Shown here: one piece after another, positions 37,283 to 44,464 of the stretch
Layout of the letters: each line of letters begins with the position of its first letter
How positions within the stretch are numbered: the stretch's first letter is position 1
Origin: a bacterium
GTDB taxonomy: Bacteria; Patescibacteriota; Microgenomatia; Daviesbacterales; UBA10151
Assembly: GCA_021790255.1 (NCBI GenBank)
Contig: JAJYIE010000006.1
Coordinates: 1-46,853 of the forward strand
Length of the DNA stretch: 46,853 nt
Direction of reading: 5' to 3'
The notes under the pieces: generated by a model
Seen by the model: only the letters and a program-made list of their open reading frames with translations
The model's database searches: none
Told to the model about the DNA's origin: nothing
Made by a program: the position numbers and the translations under genes

Positions 37283-38890
37283 ATGGAAAAAGTTTGGGAA
37301 ATTGCCCCGCGCCGCTTTGATGATCTGATAGAGCAGCTCCTGTATAACCGGGGTATCAAAACGGAGGGGGAAAGGGAAGAATTTTTTCATCCGCAGCTGG
37401 AAAATTTTGAGAAAGATTTTGATTTGCCGGGGGCAAAGAAAGCCATAAAGAGGATACATCAGGCGGCTAAGAGGAAAGAGTTGGTGGTAATTTTTGGTGA
37501 TTATGACGCAGACGGGCTTTGCGGAGCAGCAGTTTTGTATAACGGCTTAATGCGGGCCGGAGTGAAAGCGCTTCCATATATTCCTCATCGCGAGAAGGAG
37601 GGATACGGATTATCTAAAGCGGGTCTGGATTTTGCCCGGGAGCAAGGGGCTTCGCTTGTGATAACCGTTGACAATGGTATTGTGGCTGTGGAGCCTGCTA
37701 AGTATGCCCACTCACTAGGTTTGGATTTAATTATTACCGATCACCACACTCCCGCGCAGGAAAAACCGGAGGCACTCTCAATTATCCATTCCACTAAAAT
37801 GTCCGGAACGGCAGTGGCGTGGTGTTTAGTCCATCAGCTGGTGGGAGAGCAGGCATCTGAGGAGCTGCTGGATTTGGTAGCAGTTGCCACAATCGCTGAT
37901 TTATTGCCGCTTTTGGGAGTAAACCGGGCCTTGGCTGCTGAAGGTTTAAGAAGGTTAAACAAGACAAAAAGGCCGGGGTTTTTGGCCCTTTTTGCCGCAG
38001 CCCGTTTGCTGCCCGGCCAAATTGGTGCTTATGAAGTGGGGCATATATTAGGGCCGCGGCTTAATGCTTTGGGCAGGCTGGAACATGCCATGGACTCTCT
38101 TCGTCTTCTTTGTACTAAGAATAGGGAAAAAGCAGCCCGTTTGGCAGATGTTCTTTGCAGTGCTAATGACCAGAAGAAGAAACTGACCAGTGATGCGGCA
38201 GCGCAGGCTATGCAGCTTTTGGATACGGAATATAAAGACGGAATGGACAAGGTAAAAGTGCTGATTTTGCACTCCAAACAATGGATTCCGGGGATCATCG
38301 GCCTTTTGGCTGGGCGGCTGGCAGAGGAACATGGTTTACCGGCAGTGGTAATTTCCGAAGGCGAGGTTTTTTCCAAAGGCTCGGCCAGAACGGCCGGTGG
38401 GGTTAATATCGTTAAGGCTATCCGTGGCTGTTCCGGGTTGCTGGTGGATGTGGGAGGCCACCCGGCAGCAGCTGGCTTTACCCTGGAAAGCAGTAAAATT
38501 GCCCCGTTTAAAAAACAATTGGAGTTCATGATGCAGCAGGTGGAGGTGGACCGCCGGCGGAAGCTGCCGGTTGAGGCAATAGTACAGCTTTCGGAAATTA
38601 ACCTGAAGCTGGTGGAAAAGCTGCAGAAATTTGAGCCGACCGGAGCAGGTAACCCGCCGCCTGTCCTGGCAAGCTACAAAATGCGCCTGGGCGATCTGCG
38701 AACTGTGGGAGGAGGTAGTCATTTAAAATTTAAAGTTGAAGGATTTGAGGCTATCGGTTTTAATATGGGCGAAATGATTAACCTTATGAAAGAAGAGATG
38801 CTGGCTAATATTGCTTACCGCTTGGAAATAAACCGTTTTAATGGCCGGGAAACGTTGCAACTTAATGTTTTAGATATACAATTGGTGTAG
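37283..38890 (+). CDS. recJ: ssDNA exonuclease RecJ
   Basis: GDYDADG, ITVDNG, TDHH, PRLNALGRL, GSAR and GGHPAAAG motifs. Confidence 0.97.
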   Translation: MEKVWEIAPRRFDDLIEQLLYNRGIKTEGEREEFFHPQLENFEKDFDLPGAKKAIKRIHQAAKRKELVVIFGDYDADGLCGAAVLYNGLMRAGVKALPYIPHREKEGYGLSKAGLDFAREQGASLVITVDNGIVAVEPAKYAHSLGLDLIITDHHTPAQEKPEALSIIHSTKMSGTAVAWCLVHQLVGEQASEELLDLVAVATIADLLPLLGVNRALAAEGLRRLNKTKRPGFLALFAAARLLPGQIGAYEVGHILGPRLNALGRLEHAMDSLRLLCTKNREKAARLADVLCSANDQKKKLTSDAAAQAMQLLDTEYKDGMDKVKVLILHSKQWIPGIIGLLAGRLAEEHGLPAVVISEGEVFSKGSARTAGGVNIVKAIRGCSGLLVDVGGHPAAAGFTLESSKIAPFKKQLEFMMQQVEVDRRRKLPVEAIVQLSEINLKLVEKLQKFEPTGAGNPPPVLASYKMRLGDLRTVGGGSHLKFKVEGFEAIGFNMGEMINLMKEEMLANIAYRLEINRFNGRETLQLNVLDIQLV

Positions 38891-38891
38891 G

Positions 38892-40322
38892 ATGAAAACA
38901 CCGCAAACACCCTTTCTGAAAAAGGCAACTGAGTTTGCCAATGATTCTCTTGTCGGTAAAAAACGGAATTCCGGAGAAAAGGTGGCTGACCACTGCCTGC
39001 GGGTTGCAGAAATTCTGGAAGATTTTAAGGTGACGGATCCGGAAGTGTTGGCCATGGCAATTTTACATCACAGCCTGCACGAAGGTGCGGCGAGTATAGA
39101 TGACATCCGCTGGGAGTTTGGTGAAGATATTGCTTCGATGATGGAGGCTTTTGAGAAGCTGCGCATAATTAAACCGCGAAAAGAGATAGGGGAAAAATTT
39201 ACGGAAAATCTGCGGTGGATGTTTTTGGTGTTGGCCAAGGATTTGCGGGTGGTGTTGGTAAAGCTGGCAGATATTTTAGACAACCTGACTACCCTGCAAT
39301 ATGTTAATGAGAAAAAAAGAGTTGAAGTATCCCGAAAAACCCTGGAAATTTTTGCTCCTCTGGCTGAGCGGTTAGGTATGGGGGAAATGAAAGGCACAAT
39401 GCAGGATCTGGCTTTTATGAACCTGTACCCGGGTGAGTACGAGTGGGTAAAAAAATATGCTCACAACCAGATTGATAAACTGACAAAGGCGATGCCCAAA
39501 GTTAAAGCGAAACTCAGCCAGGCTTTGGATGAGGCAGGAATCGAGGCAGAAATCCAAAGCAGGATCAAACATTATTATTCCCTTTATACTAAATTGCAGC
39601 GCCCTGAGGTAAACCGGGATATTAACAAAATTTATGACCTAATGGCGATGCGGGTGATTGTTAAGGAAAAAGAGGAGTGCTATCAGGTTTTAAGTATTGT
39701 AAACCAGCTCTTCAGGCCTCTGCCGGGTCATGTTTCAGATTTTATTGCCCATCCGAAGCCTAACGGCTATCAGTCTATCCATACTAAAGTTTTCGGACCG
39801 GCTAATCTGCCTTTTGAAATTCAAATCCGCACCCGGAAAATGCATGAGGCAGCAGAGTATGGAGTAGCTGCCCACTGGAACTACGCTGAGCAAAAAGAGA
39901 AGGGATTTTCTGATGAGGTAATCAGCCGGGGTTTTGCAGCCGGCGGAGAAAAACTTGAGTGGGTGAAAAGATTGGGGGAATGGCAGATGGAAGTCACGGA
40001 TAACAGGGAATTTTTAAAAAGCATTAAAACTGATTTTTTCGGCCAGCGGATTTTTTGCTTTACCCCCAAAGGAGATGTGAAAGATTTACCTGCCGGCGCA
40101 ACCCCGATCGATTTCGCCTATCATGTGCACACGAATTTGGGCAACCTAGTTACCGGAGCTAAGGTTAACGGTAAAGTAGTATCTCTTAACACTACGCTGC
40201 GAAACGGTGATGTAGTGGAACTGTTTTTATCCAAAGATCTCAGCAAAAAGCCCAGCCGCGACTGGCTGGAATTTGTCAAAACTTCCCTTGCCCGCCGCAA
40301 GATCAAGAAATTTTATACGTGA
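38892..40322 (+). CDS. relA: RelA/SpoT homologue (degenerate HD + synthetase + TGS, no ACT domain)
   Basis: VKLAD, FAPLAERLG, RIKH..S...K, DLMAMRV, PKPNGYQSIHT, EIQIRT, AEYGVAAHW and TGS (ATPIDFAY.VHT). Confidence 0.92.
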   Translation: MKTPQTPFLKKATEFANDSLVGKKRNSGEKVADHCLRVAEILEDFKVTDPEVLAMAILHHSLHEGAASIDDIRWEFGEDIASMMEAFEKLRIIKPRKEIGEKFTENLRWMFLVLAKDLRVVLVKLADILDNLTTLQYVNEKKRVEVSRKTLEIFAPLAERLGMGEMKGTMQDLAFMNLYPGEYEWVKKYAHNQIDKLTKAMPKVKAKLSQALDEAGIEAEIQSRIKHYYSLYTKLQRPEVNRDINKIYDLMAMRVIVKEKEECYQVLSIVNQLFRPLPGHVSDFIAHPKPNGYQSIHTKVFGPANLPFEIQIRTRKMHEAAEYGVAAHWNYAEQKEKGFSDEVISRGFAAGGEKLEWVKRLGEWQMEVTDNREFLKSIKTDFFGQRIFCFTPKGDVKDLPAGATPIDFAYHVHTNLGNLVTGAKVNGKVVSLNTTLRNGDVVELFLSKDLSKKPSRDWLEFVKTSLARRKIKKFYT

Positions 40323-40323
40323 G

Positions 40324-40638
40324 TTAATATCCCCGGCTGAGGTGCCTGATTTCACTGCGGTTTTCCCGGTAAGGTTTAGTTAAAGTTTTTAATAGATCCA
40401 ACAAGGCGCTTTTCTGAGATATATAATCAGGGTCCTGTTCTGAGATATCCCTCTTTCTTTCTCCAGGGTATTGTTCATTTAGGGCAGCCAGTGACTGCCG
40501 ACAGACAGTGATATCAGCCCTGATGGCACTATTAATCGCCCCAAGTTTGCTAATCTCTATTTTAGTGTTTCTGGTAATAATTTTCGCTTCAACGCTGATG
40601 ATAAACACCTCCTTTCGTATAGGTTTAACTTTTACCAT
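40324..40638 (-). CDS. Small hypothetical helical protein (start uncertain)
   Basis: 104-aa ORF converging on relA. An internal AAAGGAGGTG SD (40606-40615) suggests a slightly later start. Confidence 0.55.
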   Translation of the reverse strand: MVKVKPIRKEVFIISVEAKIITRNTKIEISKLGAINSAIRADITVCRQSLAALNEQYPGERKRDISEQDPDYISQKSALLDLLKTLTKPYRENRSEIRHLSRGY

Positions 40639-40899
40639 CCGAAAGCATTTAGCCGTGAATCTTCCTGCTGGCCGATATGAACCAAAGCTACCCTTTCCAG
40701 CAGGGGTCTTTTGACATGGTACTCATAACTGGCTGGTTCTGTCAGGACAGCGTGCTCATTACATTCATTCGGAAACCAGTTTCTAACCAAAGCCTGCAAT
40801 AACAAGACTTCCCCCGCACTAAGCTGCCTGGTATCTGCCGGCTCATGTTTTTATGTTTCAACAGTCAGGTTTATCGCCTCATTTCAGTAAATTTAACTC

Positions 40900-40925
40900 A
40901 TCCCGGCTGGACAACCAGCCGGGAT
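40900..40925. repeat. Perfect 11-bp hairpin
   Basis: ATCCCGGCTGG-acaa-CCAGCCGGGAT, with no U-tract. Confidence 0.7.
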
Positions 40926-40944
40926 ATGCTTTTGGATTGAGAAA

Positions 40945-41214
40945 TTACCCAGCCCGGTAGATAGCTACGCCAGGCTGTTTTGTTTTTAGTACAAAATGAT
41001 GGTTAGAGCTTTCTCCTCTGGCTATGCGGACATCCCGCTGCTCCGGTACGCTAACACTTATAGCGTCTCCTTCGGTAGTTGGCGTATGAGAAGGTCTTTC
41101 ATCTACCCCAAACCTGTTACTTTTCCATCTTAATTCAGCTGAAAGAGGATCAAACATTCTGGCCATTTCAGCATCATTCGTCCGACCTTCTTGTTCTGTG
41201 TGTCTTTCATTCAT
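40945..41214 (-). CDS. Small hypothetical protein (89 aa), first gene after the Ile/Leu/Val attenuator
   Basis: AAAGGGGGTGA SD then ATG at 41214 (MNERHTEQEG...). Confidence 0.7.
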   Translation of the reverse strand: MNERHTEQEGRTNDAEMARMFDPLSAELRWKSNRFGVDERPSHTPTTEGDAISVSVPEQRDVRIARGESSNHHFVLKTKQPGVAIYRAG

Positions 41215-41243
41215 TGTTATCACCCCCTTTCATTTTTGTGTAC

Positions 41244-41269
41244 AAAAAACCTCCCTTGTGGGGAGGTTT
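41244..41269 (-). terminator. Attenuator terminator (3:4) of the minus-strand leader
   Basis: On the minus strand: AAACCTCCC-cacaa-GGGAGG-TTTTTT. Confidence 0.8.
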
Positions 41270-41294
41270 CCTCTTCTTTTAGGTTTTTAATTTT

Positions 41295-41390
41295 TTACCT
41301 AAAAGACCTCCCCGATTTGACTCCAATAAGAAGGAGTCCTCCGAGGAGGCTGATAATAATAACCAAAACCGGCGAAACTGATAAATTCAT
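41295..41390 (-). CDS. Ile/Leu/Val-rich leader peptide, 31 aa (MNLSVSPVLVIIISLLGGLLLIGVKSGRSFR)
   Basis: ATG 9 nt after a TAAAAT -10 box. 15 of 31 codons are I/L/V. Overlaps mutually exclusive hairpins ahead of a terminator. Confidence 0.75.
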   Translation of the reverse strand: MNLSVSPVLVIIISLLGGLLLIGVKSGRSFR

Positions 41391-41399
41391 GTTTTTAAG

Positions 41400-41442
41400 A
41401 TTTTAATCCACTATTGCCAGGCTTGTCAAGTTGTAGTAAGAT
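41400..41442. promoter_or_regulatory. Overlapping divergent sigma70 promoters
   Basis: Minus strand: TTGACA (41429-41424), 18 nt, TAAAAT (41405-41400). Plus strand: TTGCCA (41414-41419), 17 nt, TAAGAT (41437-41442). Confidence 0.72.
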
Positions 41443-41453
41443 TTAAAAAACCA

Positions 41454-41525
41454 ATGATGATTTTCCGGACTAGTTTAACAAGCTTTTACTATTACTTTAC
41501 CTCCATAAAACGGGAGGCCTTTTGA
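41454..41525 (+). CDS. Phe/Tyr leader peptide, 23 aa (MMIFRTSLTSFYYYFTSIKREAF)
   Basis: ATG 11 nt after the -10 box. Tandem TTT TAC TAT TAC TTT codons lie directly before the alternative-pairing segments. Confidence 0.75.
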   Translation: MMIFRTSLTSFYYYFTSIKREAF

Positions 41526-41560
41526 CGTAGGTTAAAAATACAGTCAAAAGAAAGTAAACA

Positions 41561-41587
41561 GCCTCCCAGAAATGGGAGGTATTTTTT
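41561..41587 (+). terminator. Attenuator terminator (3:4) of the plus-strand leader
   Basis: GCCTCCCA-gaaa-TGGGAGGT-ATTTTTT (GNRA loop plus U-tract). Confidence 0.82.
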
Positions 41588-41614
41588 GGAAATTTTTTAA
41601 GGAGGTGATGACAA

Positions 41615-41797
41615 GTGGGTGCACAAAGAGTGAAGGAGATGGAACCGGCGATTCCCTTAGATCGGGTGAGTTTAAAGAACAGCAAGCTTAAGCAACCCGG
41701 TGAAGATATTAAAGATGATCTGATCTGGAAATCTTTATTGGTTGAAACAACCAGGCCGAAAATGATCAGAGCCAGGCGCGGATTGCGGGCAAGATGA
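41615..41797 (+). CDS. Small hypothetical protein (60 aa, Arg-rich tail), first gene after the Phe/Tyr attenuator
   Basis: Perfect AAGGAGGTGA SD (41599-41608) before a GTG start. Confidence 0.68.
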   Translation: MGAQRVKEMEPAIPLDRVSLKNSKLKQPGEDIKDDLIWKSLLVETTRPKMIRARRGLRAR

Positions 41798-41850
41798 TGA
41801 TCAAGAAGCTAATTGTTTAAGCATACCAAAGAAAGAAGGAGGTGAATTTT

Positions 41851-42111
41851 ATGAGCGAAACAGAACCAGTAACTTTGGAGTTAATTTCCATGCCTGCTGT
41901 AGCTAAAGCGGCGCTTAAAGAGGTCAGGCGAAGCCGGGGAAGAAAGCGCATTTTTCCATGTCAGGAAGGAGGTGGCTGCTTGGAACTTAACATTAATAAC
42001 TTTTGCGCAGCTAATAAGTGTGCGTATTCGGCGCTAGATAAGGCATTGGTATGTCATCTGCGGGGAGGAGTTGTCAGAATGGTGGCCTTGCCGCGGCAGG
42101 CGGTTAGGTAG
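41851..42111 (+). CDS. Small basic Cys-rich hypothetical protein (86 aa)
   Basis: AAGGAGGTGA SD (41836-41845) before ATG 41851. C-x5-C-x8-C-x4-C-x10-CH spacing. Confidence 0.68.
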   Translation: MSETEPVTLELISMPAVAKAALKEVRRSRGRKRIFPCQEGGGCLELNINNFCAANKCAYSALDKALVCHLRGGVVRMVALPRQAVR

Positions 42112-42156
42112 GTTTAGTATTGTCAAGGATATATGAAGTTGCTATGATCAACGCGT

Positions 42157-43491
42157 ATGGAAAGAACGCTGATCGTAGACTGTAACGATAAAATTGACCA
42201 GGCAGTTAAAATCTGCGGTTGGGTGCAGGTACGCCGCGACCACGGAAAGATTGTTTTTCTGGATATTTCAGACCGCTCCGGTGTTCTTCAGGTGGTGGCA
42301 GCCGGGGAGCAGGCAGGGGATTTAAATGCCCAAGATGTGGTTTGTATCGAAGGTAAAGTTGAGAAACGCCCGGAAAATCTGGTTAACCCCAATCTGTCCA
42401 CTGGCACCATTGAACTTCAGGCCGGCAAAATTGAGGTGCTGTCAAAGGCTGCAGAACTTCCCTTTGACATGGGGGCCAAGGAGTTGAACCTGCAACTACC
42501 GACCCTTCTGGATTATCGTTCTTTAACCCTTCGCTACCCTAAAGTTAGGGAAATTTTTCGGGTGCAATCAGTATTGATGGAAGCTTTCCGTCAGGCTGCG
42601 ATCAACTTGGGCTGCGTCGAGATTTTTATTCCGACCATTGTTGCTGCAGCGACCGAAGGCGGTGCAGAAGTTTTTCCGGTTGATTACTACGGTCACAAAG
42701 TCTATATGTCCCAAAGCCCCCAGCTGTATAAACAGATGCTCGTCCCGGTTTTTGAAAGAGTTTTTACTATTGCCCTCGCCTACAGGGCGGAGCCATCAGT
42801 TACAACCCGGCATTTGTCCGAGTCTACCCAGATGGATTGCGAACTGGGCTTTGTGACATTTACCGAGCTAATGGATTACCTGGAAGAAGTTGCTACCCGA
42901 ATGCTTCAGGCTGTCGAGGAAAAATGTCCTGAGTCCTTGAAAGTTTTCGGAGTGGAGCCGGTTGCGTTCGGAAAAATACCCCGGCTGACATTGCGGGAAG
43001 CTCAGGAGATAATTTTTAAAGAAACCGGGCGGGATAACCGGGCCGAAAAAGACTTAGCTCCTCAGGATGAAATTGATATTTGTAAATGGGCTCTCAAAAA
43101 CCATAACAGTGATTTAGTGACAATTACCCATTTCCCAACTACTAAACGGGCTTTTTATACCATGCCCGACCCGGACAACCCGGAATACAGCCTAAGTTAT
43201 GATCTTTTATTCAGGGGAACTGAAATGTTAAGCGGCAGTCAAAGAATTAGTGATTATGAGCAACTGGTTCAGGTAATTAAAGATCGGGGAATGGACCCGA
43301 AAAACTTTGAGATGTATCTTTTGGCCTTTAAATATGGCATGCCGCCGGAGGGGGGATTTTCCTTTGGTCTCGAGAGGCTAACCATGAATGTTTTGAAGTT
43401 GTCAAACATCCGCGAAGCTTCACTTTTCCCCCGGGATATGGAGAGAGTTGACATCAGGCTTTCCACCTTGGGGAAAGACAAAGGACAGTAA
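42157..43491 (+). CDS. aspS: Aspartate--tRNA ligase, short archaeal-type (probably non-discriminating Asp/Asn)
   Basis: OB anticodon domain, TEGGAEVF, QSPQLYKQ, YRAEPS.TTRHL.E and GMPPEGGFSFGLERL...FPRD. No bacterial GAD insertion. Confidence 0.93.
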   Translation: MERTLIVDCNDKIDQAVKICGWVQVRRDHGKIVFLDISDRSGVLQVVAAGEQAGDLNAQDVVCIEGKVEKRPENLVNPNLSTGTIELQAGKIEVLSKAAELPFDMGAKELNLQLPTLLDYRSLTLRYPKVREIFRVQSVLMEAFRQAAINLGCVEIFIPTIVAAATEGGAEVFPVDYYGHKVYMSQSPQLYKQMLVPVFERVFTIALAYRAEPSVTTRHLSESTQMDCELGFVTFTELMDYLEEVATRMLQAVEEKCPESLKVFGVEPVAFGKIPRLTLREAQEIIFKETGRDNRAEKDLAPQDEIDICKWALKNHNSDLVTITHFPTTKRAFYTMPDPDNPEYSLSYDLLFRGTEMLSGSQRISDYEQLVQVIKDRGMDPKNFEMYLLAFKYGMPPEGGFSFGLERLTMNVLKLSNIREASLFPRDMERVDIRLSTLGKDKGQ

Positions 43492-43509
43492 CCCTCTCCT
43501 TCATCAGTT

Positions 43510-44457
43510 ATGAAAAAAGCAGTTAAACCGCTGGCAGTGAGTTTGTTCCTTTTGGTGTTTTCGTCTGCCTTTGTAGCAACCCTTTCTTCCTCACTTCATC
43601 TGGCAGAAAGTACAGTTTTGGCAAGCAGTATTCCAGGCACTGTAGTAACAGCAAAAACCCCGGGGCCTGAGATATCCGGAGTGCAAAAACAGGCTCCGCC
43701 TCCTCCGAAGGACCAGAGAATACCGCCCCCGGTACTTACGGCGGTGGCAGCACTGGTGGAAGATCTGGATACACACGACATCCTTTTCAGCAAGAATCCC
43801 GATAAAAGACTGCCGATTGCTTCTACCACAAAAATCATGACGGCGCTGGTAGCCAGTAAGCACTATTCCCAGGAGGATATTTTAACTGTCCCGCCTGCTG
43901 CGACAGTCAGCGGCTCGCTGATGGGCATAAAAGTTGGCGAACAGCTCACCTTCCGCAGCCTGCTCTACGGGATGCTACTTAATTCCGGCAATGATGCTGC
44001 GTTTGCGCTTGCCGGAGATTATCCCGGCGGAGTGGAGGCTTTTGTGGGTGCTATGAATGAAGAGGCCAGGAAGTTAAACCTTCAAAATACATCGTTTGAC
44101 AATCCTGCCGGTTTTGACAGCCCAAACCATTATTCTTCCGCTTCCGACCTTGCTAAAATTACTGAAATTGCCCTGGAAAACATACAGCTTTCTAAAGTAT
44201 TTGATTCCAAGGAAATGGTGGTTACTTCTGTGGATAAGACCCAGGTTTATTATCTGAAAAACCTGAATATATTACTCGGGCAAAACGGAGTGATGGGGGT
44301 AAAAACCGGCTATACACCTGACGCCAAAGAAAACTTCGTTGGTTTAGTGAGCAGGAGCGGTCACCGGCTGCTAACTGTGGTTTTGGGAAGCGAGGACCGT
44401 TTTGGAGAAACTGAAAAACTTATGGATTGGTCATACCAAAATTTTATCTGGCCGTAA
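43510..44457 (+). CDS. D-alanyl-D-alanine carboxypeptidase (peptidase S11)
   Basis: STTK, SGN and KTG catalytic motifs with an N-terminal signal/anchor. Confidence 0.95.
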   Translation: MKKAVKPLAVSLFLLVFSSAFVATLSSSLHLAESTVLASSIPGTVVTAKTPGPEISGVQKQAPPPPKDQRIPPPVLTAVAALVEDLDTHDILFSKNPDKRLPIASTTKIMTALVASKHYSQEDILTVPPAATVSGSLMGIKVGEQLTFRSLLYGMLLNSGNDAAFALAGDYPGGVEAFVGAMNEEARKLNLQNTSFDNPAGFDSPNHYSSASDLAKITEIALENIQLSKVFDSKEMVVTSVDKTQVYYLKNLNILLGQNGVMGVKTGYTPDAKENFVGLVSRSGHRLLTVVLGSEDRFGETEKLMDWSYQNFIWP

Positions 44458-44464
44458 AGTTTAG

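Noticed and set aside
41454-41590. T-box or known riboswitch controlling aspS
   Set aside because: No T-box (AAGGTGGCACC-like) or specifier stem is visible, the leader is too short, and aspS has its own promoter at 42120-42148.
41079-41685. ORF-track entries 41079..41282(+), 41191..41406(+) and 41497..41685(-)
   Set aside because: They are antisense shadows over the leader peptides and terminators, with no SD or promoter support.
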